A stretch of 64,000 nucleotides of DNA from Phoronis australis (GCA_002633005.1 NMRA01000002.1:1453919-1517918), one strand, 5' to 3'. Positions 52,562 through 64,000 are shown, numbered from the stretch's first letter. Notes: generated from the sequence alone by a model not told the origin. Made by a program: numbers and translations.

Positions 52562-52635
52562 AGAAACATCGAATTGAGAAAGAACAGCCAGATGTTTGAA
52601 ATTTGAATAATGGTTCACAGATATTCGGTAATAAA
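52562..52635 (+). other. Putative 3' UTR terminal exon with polyA signal, peptide gene copy 1
   Basis: Donor GAG|GTCAGT at 52151, acceptor TTGATTTTCAG| at 52561, AATAAA at 52630-52635. Confidence 0.55.
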
Positions 52636-55600
52636 ATTAAATCCTTCGACAAAGTTGATTTATTTTGTCAACACCTAAGTATTTTGAGTTAAAGCTAATA
52701 ACAAGGGTTCCAAAATTTGATAACCAGTTTTCTTCACTAATAACAGGCATCAAACTGATTCTCAAAACCCAGGACCACTGTACGTGACAATTGCCATATT
52801 TTTCACGATCAACTAGTGCACATTCATGGGACTGTCTGATGCACTTGTGAGTGTTGGTCGGTATGAACGAATATCTTCCAACCTCGAACAATGCAAGCTA
52901 ACTTCACAGTAAACAAGTGGATTTAACAGCAAAGCAACAATGCCTCTATGCAGTATGATGAAAATCCAACCAGGACTTTTGAAGATACAGAGGTAAACGT
53001 AAACAACTAAAATTGCCCCTAGGGGCCACACCGGTAGTCGGATCTGTCTGAAAGTTCACTCATGCCGTCCCATCCACGGTAGGAAGACATGTGCAAAATT
53101 TCACGAAGATATGTCAAGGCGTTTTAGAGATAGAGCAGCAGACGCCGGCCGGCCAGATGGAGATGAGGGCATAATGCATCCACATATAAATATGTGGGCG
53201 CACAAAAAGGCAGCCTCCCCTTAAGTACCTTATCGGCAAGACCTTACATTTGGCAAAATATCCACAGTTATCAAAGACAAATGAAAATAACTAAGTGTGC
53301 GTCTCCTAAAAGAATGAAATGATTGGCAACCATGGACTTTCATATCTGTCATTGGGTCACTTGATCATGTCTTTAGATAGAATTTAGCAAAAACAAAGTA
53401 CTTTCATAGAAATTATAACGATTTACATGCCTTGACCAAACACTTTTGGATAAAAGTATTCAACATGAAAATTCAAGCCTGCTATCATAACTTTCTAAAT
53501 CAACATTTTGATTTGTTAATGTTTGCTTTGGCTACTATTTCATTATTTCACCAATCTTAAGCAAGCAAACGTGCAACACTTTGAAAACAATTCTGTTTTG
53601 GAGAATTCAAACCTCAGAATCACAAACTTTTAGCATTTGAGGTATAATGTTCCAGAGCAAGATAAAATTTTAATATTTTTCTAAGGTAAGTAATACTATC
53701 TAATAACCTTTTTGAATATTTTTCAGGTTCATTTTAAGTTAATACTTTACTCCACACAATGAAATTGTTTTTAACACAAACAATCTTCAGGGCTCGACTT
53801 GAGGCCTTGCAGATCGCCAATGGGACCTCAAATTTTGTTTGGCAACCTAATGAAAACCTCAAGACATCAAGTCGCATCTGGCCAGCTGACCTTATCCTAA
53901 GCAACTTACTGTATACACAATGCTCCTTCAAAATAAATTACATAAAACTATTCCAAATTAAAGAGAATCCTATTAAGAAATAATTATAACCTTGGAATTT
54001 CCAGTGGTGCACTTTCAAATTGACAGCCACAACTGAACAACACAATCGTACCAATGAGAGTACTTCAAAAGGAAAAATGTACTATCACAGACAGATAAGC
54101 TGCCACTAAGTTGCAGATTATACAACAATACTGTGAACAGTGCAAAGCACTGAACTTTTACTTTCATCAATTCCGGTATATGTGTTTAAGCCTAATTCTA
54201 CATCGACTGTAGGGCATCTCTGAAATCTGAAACAGGCGAGTCTTAACGAATTTTTTCAGATATTTTCAAGCTTCTGTTTACGCAAAATGGCTTAATTTCA
54301 ATAACCTTTATAATTACAAATGAACCTCGTTCTTATTCTATGTCCAGTTTTTGGAAACATAAAAGTCACTGAAAATAGTAATTCTGTCTCCAAAATTAGT
54401 CTACGGCATACATATTTATGTCTGCAAAAGGTTGAGATGGGGGTTGAGGTTTAAGATCGCCCCTATAGCAATCTGGAAGCTCGCCGTTCCAATTGCCTAC
54501 AGAATTCTGGTCTCTATAGAAAGTTTGCCATTGTGAACGGACAAACAAATTAAAAGGAATCTTATAGGCAAGCGTATAAGATAGAAATAGATAAATTCAT
54601 CAAAATCTATAGTCGACTATCTAGTTTCATAATTGCCTATACGAACTTGTATCTAGGCCATAACGCAAGAGGCACAAGTGTCAGCGTTTTTTCCTGTTTT
54701 CAGTTGTGCCCGTAAAATGGAACTAGGGAAACGGATAAATCTCACAGAAAAGTTGTCAAAATATCCACAATGACACGTATTCGGTGCAATAGATTTTAAA
54801 ATAATGTACTATGTGCCAATCCCTATTCATAGCAATTTCTTTAATAGTGTGAAAAACAATTGAACAATATACACAACCAGAACCTATATTTCTATTATAC
54901 AACAGTACAATCTCACCAATTTCGGACATAAATAATTGCCAAAATTACCTTATTTTATTTTCAAGGCCTTCCAACACCAAATGCTGTGAATGACCAGTTT
55001 TTCAAAATATATTCTGCAATGGAGCAGAACTTAAACACGGTTAGCACGCTACCTATCCTTCATGAAAAAAATGAGACGATACTTACCAATGTCTGCTATA
55101 TTGTGTTCTAAATTGGTGAAACTGTACAGTATCACTGATCTTACATCCAGGCTCTCATAGGCAAAACAATGCTTATTTTGGGAATATCAATGTATCACTT
55201 GTCAATATAAGGCCATCGCTTTATAGGCGAAATAAAGCAGTTTCTGGTAACACTTAAAATGGTCCCGAATATAAGGTCAAGGCCACGTATGCGGGACTAA
55301 TAACAATCCACATTACGCAACAGTGATTGCAAAATTTTTAGTAATCGAAACAAATAACCAATGTAAGCACCGTTATATCAAGATTAATTTTATTTTAAAT
55401 GAATGTACCTGGAACAAATAACCGGTATGATATATTAAACGCCGTTATATCACGTTTAATAAATTAAACTGTAATGAACTCGAAACAAAGAACGATTATA
55501 TTATATTAAGCTTGATTTAATAATTTAAACTTAAATGAATATCAGCTGTGACTCTTCATGAACTAACCAAAGGCAGTCAGGGCTATTGTTTAAAACTGTG

Positions 55601-58296
55601 TGAGAAAAACAACAAATATTGCCTTCATATCAGGTGAAACTATGTCATTACAATTTTTTCGAATTTACATAGAAATAAAAAGCCATTTTGTAAAAAACTT
55701 GGAGAAGTCCAAATTTCAGAAGAGTTACCAGAACCTTTAATACCTTACAGTGCTCACACAATTCAATAGTTCTTTCCTAATGTGAAGCTTTTGAGACAGC
55801 GCTTTAACTGAAGTCCTCTGTTGATGTATTGGTGCTTTATAGGAATAAATAGCTTAACAAAGTCCATGACCATACTGCTTGTGTGATAAGTATTGAAAGC
55901 ATTGAATCGGTACCAAAAGGCCAAAAATGTCCTAATTTGCTAAAGAAATGACGTATCTCCAAGGACTTCAAACTCGAAGCACAGGTTTTCAAACTCGACG
56001 TAAGTAACCCAAACACGCCACGACAAAATTCAAGCTCCATGCTGTGACGAGACGAAACAAAAACACAATAAATACCACTACTTCAGAAATTCCAAACACA
56101 ACACATGCGAACTGTAGGTGGAAACGAACATTTATCAAACAGATATTCATACGCCAATCCAGTCAAGCAGCATCTTTATTTTAATAACTTGTCCCCAAGA
56201 CAGGAGCCATAACTAAAAAATGGTCAATTATGACCTGTACAGGGCACAAGGCCAGGCACTGACATTTACTTCTTAAAACAACGCTAGCATGTACGATCTT
56301 ACTTAGATCAGGTCAAAGTATCTCCATATGCATTATTTCCAGAGAAAAAGCAATTGACGTTATCTTGTAATATCAGGCATCGTTTCTGCTTTTGAGAACT
56401 GGGCTTCATTTCATTTGCCTGCCCTTTTTGTGAATTGTCCCTTTGCCATACTACTTTTCAACAGACTCAAAAAATGCTGTCAATTTCTACATGTTTCAGG
56501 TGAGCCACAAGATGGGATGGACCTGGTGACAGCAGACACAGGCTAATTAGACCTCAGCAAGAGAATATGAACTAATTAATTCAGGAGTGGCATGAGGTGG
56601 CAGTGGCTCTCAATACTTTTTGAACCATGGTTGAATTAACTATTCCCAAATTTCATTAAAAATTGGGACCTTCCAGGTTAACTGGGCAATTTGAGTTTGG
56701 TGTTACGCGTGTAGACTACGAAAGGCATTTGCTTGATTTTTGACTGTTCTGATTGAAAGAATGTGCATAATTAGGCTCTTGACCAACTGTTTGCTTTTGT
56801 TCAGTCATGGCTTTTTGTACACCTTTACTGCTTGTAAGCGGAAATTTAGCAAGAAATTCAGATGCTCTTCGCACGCTTTGGATTTGTAACAAATCCGGCT
56901 GGTCGAGATACACCTTTAACGCGATTTCTATTATCTGAAAGGCTTTGGCAGTGACAGTGCACAGATTCACAATAGCATGCAAGTGATGGCGGTTTTGAGG
57001 TGAAAACTTTGGATTCGTTTTTTACGCCACTGACCTCACTTGCGGAAGTCGCAGTGGTCCTAAAAGACGGAAAAATTCACATAGTAAGTTTCAGAAATCT
57101 TTGACTCAGTAAACTGCTCATATTTTAAGGTTTTGAGGTACAGCTATCTACACCTGGTTTATTTAAACCCAAAACCAGCAAAAAAATTGAGATGCCACCT
57201 AAACAATTTCCCAACAGCAATTTGGAAGATTTTGTTTACTGTGGTGCTATTCCTTTTCAAACTCAATATGGGACAAATTTGTCAGATCATAAACATTACA
57301 TGACAGCACAGAAAACTTGAGGTGACTTGTGAACAATATGATGGAACACAATACTTGCCACTTGAGCTTTCCGCAGTAGACAAGAAAGGTCCACTACAGC
57401 ACGCATTTTGGTGCGAGTGCAGCTAATTAAACAACAATCATATCAGAGTAAAAACTTGAAGGGGGATACAAAAGAAAGCATAGAGACGTTTAGAAAAACT
57501 TTTTGGGAGAATTCCACAAGCACATACGATTGCTGAAGTTAAATCTGATGACCTCAAACACCAGGCCTGCATTCTGTAGACTCAAGAGACTTGGGGACAA
57601 AGTAGAGTAACCAGGACTTCACAAGATATCACCATGCATTACTACCACAGCATTTGATCACACCTAGCTTCACTCAATAAATTCTTGCAGTTACAGAATG
57701 TATTCCTAGTTAACCCTTGTCTTTGAGTTTTCAGTGATGTCACCGGATGTTTATGAGCAGGCAACTATCCCACAATGCAATTGAAAAACAACCATCAGTG
57801 CCACTAGAGAGCAACTCTTGCTGAAATGAATGTCACAATACTTGCACGGGGCTAGTGCGAGTTTCTGAGTAACAAATAATATTTGAAAAAGCCATCACTT
57901 GTATTTATTCAAAAATACGAAAGAAGGAAAAATGCCCATTCTAGAAGGCAGAAGCTGCTTCTATAATTTTTAGAAAGTTGTGAAATTTTGAATGAATGAA
58001 AAGATGAAATCTTAATTTTTTGGAAGAAAGCGTAAAGCAATAAATAAAAATATTTTAAAGTGTACACAACATGACTCTAGTACCTCAAAATAAATTTTAT
58101 TATTATATCTTACTTGATTTCAGTGCCTTTAGTGCACAGCTCATACAGAAACACGCAAAAATTGAAAAAAATAATAATTATGTACAACGTCATGGGTTGA
58201 ACCCAAGTCGTTCGCCATACTGTTCGGATCAGAGACAAAGTGTATAGAGTGAAGTGAAAGCAAAGTACATTTAGCGTCGAGAAGGTTCGTAGAGGG

Positions 58297-58476
58297 ATCA
58301 AAAGATATGTTGCCGGAGGCTGCAGCAACAGCAGACAGGCGGAGAACGTCTCGGTGTTCCGAAGGACACCAAAGTTGCGCTGAAGTGACATCGCTTCGTG
58401 CGCCGAACGAGAGTGTGGGACCTCATCGTGGACCAAGCGATTCGGTCCGGGGCCACTCTGAGGACTCGTGTTTCAA
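58297..58476 (+). pseudogene. THAP zinc-finger domain remnant
   Basis: With frameshifts reads IKRYVAGGCSNSRQAENVSVF / PKDTKVALK*HRFVRRTRVW / ..GHSEDSCF; matches the THAP C-x-GCSN..FP.D...W...HF pattern with first Cys to Tyr, Trp to stop and Phe to Ser. Confidence 0.7.
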
Positions 58477-58533
58477 CTCCAGTCACAGGAGATGTTACGA
58501 TGAAGGCCTGGTTCAATAAAGGAAAATATTTAT

Positions 58534-58801
58534 CATTCAGAAACATCGGCTCTTAATTCAGGATCGTCTGTTGGATGACTGGGTTGACTCGCCGAGCCCG
58601 AGGCCGCTTCTCTCGCGGGAGGATCCAGTTCGTAAGGCTCAAAGTAGAAAAGTACGCAGCCGGAAGGACATCAAACTTGTTCTCGCTTTCGTGCAACCCC
58701 ATTTCCTCATCCTGGCCACCATTCCCGTACGTTTCTTCATAGTATTTACTTAATTCTTGCTCATAATCGTCGTCGCTTTCAAATTCACTGCTCTCCGCCA
58801 T
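58534..58801 (-). pseudogene. Acidic N-terminal ORF remnant of transposon accessory protein
   Basis: MAESSEFESDDDYEQE... then, after a frameshift, FYFEPYELDPP...ELRADVSE; resembles the N-terminal exon of P2X7-ballast-like/KolX-type proteins (from memory, not verified). Confidence 0.45.
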
Positions 58802-59208
58802 TGTTCAATGCTGGTCACTGATCTCTTGTGTTCAACCCATGACGTCACATGGCGGGAAATGGGAAAATTGGCAAAATTGAAAGAAAAATCAAAATTTCGA
58901 GCTAATTACACAAAATAAACATGGGTTTAGCTAAATTTTACGTCATACATTTAGTCTGTGGCCACCGGTAATTCAAAATGTGCAAAATTCCATGGTGTGT
59001 ACTGTTTAAAAGATGTTCAACACCAGAAGAAAGTTCCATGGTAGAATAATTAGTTTTAGTAATATGTCATGTTACTTCCATGTTACTTAATAACTCATAA
59101 AACTACGAGGTAATTAACTAAATTTCAAATAACATGAACATGCGGCTATTATTTAATAATTTTAATTAACACCACCACTCTAATTAAAAACACCGCCATA
59201 CTGAAGTC

Positions 59209-59280
59209 TATAAAACCAACATTGACTTCTGAATAAACTGACAGAGAAGACTTCCGACTTCGCTGAAATTTCTCCTGCAG
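59209..59280 (+). promoter_or_regulatory. TATA box and putative non-coding first exon of peptide gene copy 2
   Basis: TATAAAA at 59209-59215; donor CAG|GTCAGT at 59281; conserved with copy 1. Confidence 0.6.
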
Positions 59281-59673
59281 GTCAGTATCCTAAAGTTTTG
59301 CTACGTATTTGTATTCACAAAGATTTTGACACATCCTGGCAATCCTTCAGTTAAAGGCAGATTACTGGTTTCAAGAAATTATGAGCTTTGACCAATAAAA
59401 ACAAAATTGGTTGTTTTTGTAATTTCACTACAAATCACCAATTCTCGCTGTTGTCTACCACCCATTTGCTGAAGTCTTACATTTAACATACTCCACTATT
59501 TAGGGGAAGTGAGTTGGCTCAGCTAATGGGTTCGAAACCAAGCTACTGCTGACTTCTGCTAAAACATTTTTCTCATTGACAATGTTCCTTTAATCTATCA
59601 TGTATAGCATACTGTCATTAAGATATTCTGTATGTTGCGATGACACCATTTCTACTTCGTTTTTAAGGTAACG

Positions 59674-61103
59674 ATGAAGAACGCTGCAGTTTTCCTCAAT
59701 TTGGTAATCACGGTAGTGGCGACTATAACGTAAGCATTTTTAAGCAATTCGACTCACTTTAATTTAAACCTCATTTTTTAAATTTTCGTATTGTATATTT
59801 CAATCTTTGCATAATTACAAATCTGCAAAACTTGTGGGGCTCACCAAATTGATATTCCTTTCAGCCTCAGAAACAGAGGCACCTCTGGCAAGAGTGTGAA
59901 ATCTACCTAAGTTACTGAAAAGCTACCTCTAATTGAAAACATTTATTTCGTAGCACGATATCAGTTTTACATTATAAGGTCTTTAATAACATTTCCTGGT
60001 TTACTGATTCCCCTTTGTAAGCATAAGAGAACGATTTTTTGGGAACCACACATTTTAGAATTTTTTGTAGGGTCAATTTTTCATTTGTTTTATTTTAATG
60101 ACCCTACTGTTATAAGTAAAAGACCAAATGGTCACCAACTTGAGCAATTTTAGTTTAAACAGCATCCCCAAAAGAATGCACAATTCGACCTCAAAAGCAC
60201 ACCAAACAACTTTAGTTAAAAATTCATCACCGATAGAAAAAATGTTGAAATGAGCTTTGGGGGCTTAGAAACATAACCACACTCATCCCATCAAGAATTG
60301 ATGAATTAATGCCAAATGATTAGGCAACTTGAGTCACAGGCAACGTATGCATGGGCCATTTTCAAACCAGCAATTTTAGGGTAGACCAACCCCAATTAAC
60401 TCTGCAGTTTTCTTGAGTGGCCGATAGTTTTAATATTATTTTATAGTTTAATATAGTTTTAATATTGTTTTAATATTGTTTTATAGTTTAATAAGTTTTA
60501 ATATAGTTTTAATATAGTTTTAATATAGTTTTAATATTAATTTATAGTTTAATATAGTTTAATAAGTTTTAATATAGTTTTAATATTATTTTTGGTAATG
60601 GAAATAGAACACTATCACAGCAAGGAACATTATGACACCGATTTTATTACTAGAGTGAAAAAAGGCCAACTCGATTTTTGTATTTTGGCGAGTAAAACAA
60701 GTGTGAAATGCTGCTTAAATAAATTCAAGTGAAACTTAAAGACGTCAGACCAAAGCATATTTCTTTTGAACATAGTGTCGTCTCCGCTTTTACTGCTGGA
60801 GCTGGCAATATTGGTAGCGCAAGAATTGCAAAAGCCGACATGGATTCACAGATCGGTTCTATTGACACTTTTGGTAATGTTGGTGGCGCAAGAATTGCTC
60901 GGAGTGCAGAAGCCGACATGGATTCACAGATCAGTTCTCTCGATGCTTTTGGTAATATTGGTGGGGCAAGAATTGCAAGGAGTGCAGAAGCCGACATGGA
61001 TTCACAGATTAGTTCTCTCGATGCTTTTGGTAATATTGGTGGGGCAAGAATTGCTCGGAGTGTAGACGCCGACATGGATTCACAGATCAGTTCTCTCGAA
61101 TGA
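59674..61103 (+). CDS. Secreted multi-repeat peptide precursor, copy 2 (127 aa, unassigned family)
   Basis: Coding exons 59674-59729 and 60776-61103 join in phase 2 to give MKNAAVFLNLVITVVATITVVSA-FTAGAGNIGSARIAK-ADMDSQIGSIDTFGNVGGARIAR-(SAEADMDSQISSLDAFGNIGGARIAR)x2-SVDADMDSQISSLE*. Confidence 0.85.
60425..60593 (+). repeat. AT-rich intronic satellite in peptide gene copy 2
   Basis: Same units as 51576-51680 with more copies. Confidence 0.85.
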
Positions 61104-61543
61104 GACAGTCTGAGCATCAAACATGAGAAGAGGTCAGTCAAATTTTGTTTGGTACGGTTTAAAAGCACCACTTGTGACTGTGAGTTTATGCTTTTCAATA
61201 GGTCTACTCGTGTCCAATGTGAGTCCAAACATGGACTAAGAACATCCAGCAGTTTAAATGGAACAACACCTTATATTCTGAAAGACTTATTAACACTTTT
61301 TTCTCCAATGTTGGCAAATGATTTATATTTTTTATGAGAATGGTGATTTATTGTCAAAGACCAGATGTCTTGAAGTGGTTTGCCTTTTAACTTTAGTTAT
61401 TGTAGTAGTCATTGCTGCCACTTCGAAACCACTATGTACTGAGCAAGCGGTTGTTGCATGTGCTATGCTATAATGCATACAAAGATGTGCTGTCGGGCTT
61501 TAATTTATTTCACCTATTGTTAATACATATTTTTGATTTTCAG

Positions 61544-61617
61544 AGAAACATCAAATTGAGAAAGAACAGCCATATGTTTGAAATTTGAATAATGGTTCAC
61601 AGATATTCAGTAATAAA
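61544..61617 (+). other. Putative 3' UTR terminal exon with polyA signal, peptide gene copy 2
   Basis: Donor GAG|GTCAGT at 61133, acceptor TTGATTTTCAG| at 61543, AATAAA at 61612-61617. Confidence 0.55.
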
Positions 61618-62583
61618 ATTAAATCCTTCGACAAAGTTGATTTATTTTGTCAACACCGAAGAATTTTGTGTTAAAGTTAATAACAAGGGTTTCGAAATTT
61701 GATAACCAGTTTTCTTCACTAATAACAGGCATCAAACTGATTCTCAAAATCCAGGACCACTGTACGGGACAATTGCCATATTTTGCACGATCAACTAGTG
61801 CACATTCATGGGACTGTCTGATGCACTTGTGAGTGTTGGTCGGTATGAACGAATATCTTTAAACCTCGAACAATGCAAGCTAACTTCGTAGTAAACAGGT
61901 GGATTTAACAGCAAAGCAACAATGCCTCTATGCAGTATGAATGGTTAACTTTTGTGCCATTGAAAAAATCGGCTGGTTTCGCTGTCAATAACAGCACCAT
62001 CTGGAACACTTATTATTTTGCAAGCCTCAAATTATCTCTGAGAGGTGTTTTACCACTGAACATAGGCAAATTTCAATCAATACATCAAAGGGATATGATC
62101 AAGAGACTGCTAGCCAATCTAAATAGTCGCAAGCGATGGTCATTCTCAAATCTGCCTTCTATTAAGGTTTGCCTGTTATTCCATAGGACGTCTGGTGGAT
62201 TAACCAATTTCAATACAGCACGGCTATTTTGAAAGACCACTATTCAGTTCCCAAAATTCCAAACTCTCCTATATGTGGAGGTAGAAACACACGTATTACT
62301 GACCTAGTTTTCAAAAAGCCACTAACACACTTCCAAGCTGACTTCAACAAATACTGTAAAGAAAAATTCATTGCTCCCGACTCGTCTAATCCCCAACCCC
62401 AGTATTGTTGCAACACACTGTGCAACAGTAAAACATTCTTGGAATCATAACTACATGTAAAATAGCGATTACGACACCTGCGGGTTGAGTGCCCTAATAA
62501 CACGCAGCATCACAGGTAAATACCCAAAACCAGAGAGGACACTGCAGTAGTTTACAAAACACTAACAAGAGCAACGCAGTGTT

Positions 62584-63400
62584 ACGGTAAAGTCGCATGA
62601 TTTTCGGACACTGAAAATTAATTCCAATAGAAAAAATTCATTCTTGGACGAATCTCGCGAAACATCATTTCTGTGGTGTCCGAATTTGGCGGACCTCCAA
62701 ATTTGGGTTTCGGCTAGTGTCCCAATTTCGTGGGTGTACATTATTTCGATGCACGGTCGTAGTATCAAAGATTGCTGGCTCGGTCATTTGATAGCAGCAT
62801 AATTGCAGGTCAATGAGACTGAAACGGTCTGCGCGATTAATTTTTGAAAATCTGGCTTTCCCAATAAGAAATGTGTGTTGTCAACGCATATATACCTTTC
62901 CCGATAAGTGTTGGTTCTTCTTTTCAAAGATGTCCTTTCTCAATATGAAATATTCGGCTTGCTTCCCCAATCTCAAAAACCGTTCTCGGCAAGTGACGGA
63001 ATCTTATCAAAAATGCGCTATCTCACTTGAAATAGCGGGCTGCGTTGTGAAAAAGGAGTCTTCCTGGTGACCAATATGGGCTTTCCAATGAGTGAGTCTG
63101 GTTTGCGTTGTTGACGCACATGAAACGTTCCAGACAACTGATTCTTTTGTAAAAATGCGTTTTCTCAATAACTGAAAAATGTCGAGTTTGCGCTGTCAAC
63201 CCACAAAGAGCGCCTCGATAGGCGCTTTTTTAATATGGTTTCCCAATAAAAAGCTGGACTTGCGTATTCGGCGCAGAAAGAGGGTTCCCGACCATCAAAA
63301 CATGCGCTTTCTCAATTTTAACGAATTTTGCATTAAACGTAATGGATGTGGGAACGAGTTCAGTGAAGAAAGTGACCAACAATGACATGAACATAGCATA
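62584..63400. mobile_element. Probable non-autonomous DNA transposon (TA-flanked start) with degenerate internal repeats
   Basis: Similarity to 43836-44224 stops abruptly at TA followed by CGGTAAAGTCGCATGATTTTCGGACAC; internal recurrent TTTCCCAATAA / TGTCAAC.CA motifs. Right end not located. Confidence 0.4.
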
Positions 63401-64000
63401 TATTTATGTTTGTTAAACGTATCCATGCGTTGTCTGCTGGTTACAAACCGAAACGCAAGTTAACTCTGACATGTTTATTTCCATATTATCTGAAAGCTCA
63501 GTTTCAACATAAAAACTTTGATTGAACAATTACCCAAAACAGATTAGAAACACAATCATGATAATAAAATGAGTAGTTTCTCATCTACTCGTGATCCCCA
63601 TTTGTCGTCCTGGTAGTCGTCTGAATTGTTGAAGAAGCGCTGTCGTTCTACATGTTTAGGCCTACTGCAAACGATGGGAATGCGTCGACTAGTACAGTGC
63701 TGCGTGGCTGAAGACACGATTAACTAACATGTTGTATATAAGGGCGTTGACTAGAAAGCAAATGCAATTTCAAATGCTACCAACATCAAATTCACCCAAC
63801 CGTTTTTTTTACAATTAAAACCTTTCTCATCCACAGCCTTTGAAACGCCCGATATTAACTCAGTGATACACTGGCGCGTCTTCATGCAACTGAGGTGACC
63901 TAACACATCTGGGTTCGCTTACGTTTCCAACCACAGTGAAAACTCTGACTTGTGAAATCTGTTTGTGGATGAAATGAAACTGATAATCGTTAGCATTTTC

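Larger units (their letters stand above)
46034..52958 (+). repeat. Tandem segmental duplication, copy A
   Basis: Colinear high similarity to 53705-61940 from TTTTTC[TA]GGTTCATTT.AAGTTAATAC through ACAATGCCTCTATGCAGTATGA, with scattered substitutions and copy-specific indels. Confidence 0.95.
58059..59005. mobile_element. Decayed Kolobok-like DNA transposon
   Basis: TTAA on both sides (58055-58058, 59006-59009), absent from copy A (single TTAA near 50140), imperfect 15-bp TIR AGTGTACACAACATG / CATGGTGTGTACTGT, internal THAP remnant on plus and an acidic ORF on minus. Confidence 0.75.
53705..61940 (+). repeat. Tandem segmental duplication, copy B
   Basis: Matches 46034-52958; has extra segments at about 54743-55659, 56752-57101 and 58011-59005, and lacks about 46183-46790 and 47432-47832. 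Confidence 0.95.

Noticed and set aside
63206-63231. Hairpin plus T-run resembling a bacterial intrinsic terminator (AAAGAGCGCCTCGATAGGCGCTTTTTT)
   Set aside because: Eukaryotic repeat context with no upstream prokaryote-like gene; likely chance or transposon-internal palindrome.

Overview
Intron-rich, AT-rich invertebrate animal genomic DNA (probably a marine lophotrochozoan; taxon is inference). The left 36 kb holds three conserved genes whose exons I reconstructed by hand: HS1BP3 (PX domain, minus), head-to-head with UQCRB (complex III subunit 7, plus), converging on PI4KB (minus). Three local duplications there abut N characters and look like uncollapsed-haplotype assembly overlaps. The right part holds a ~7-8 kb tandem segmental duplication. 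Each copy carries a compact four-exon gene (TATA box, UTR exon, signal-peptide exon, repeat exon, 3' UTR exon with AATAAA) encoding a secreted multi-repeat peptide precursor (unit SAEADMDSQISSLDAFGNIGGARIAR) that I cannot assign to a known family; this is the main discovery candidate. Copy-specific transposon insertions include a decayed Kolobok-like element (TTAA flanks, THAP remnant) just upstream of the second peptide gene. Many MITEs are present. All coordinates were read by eye and may be off by a few bases.
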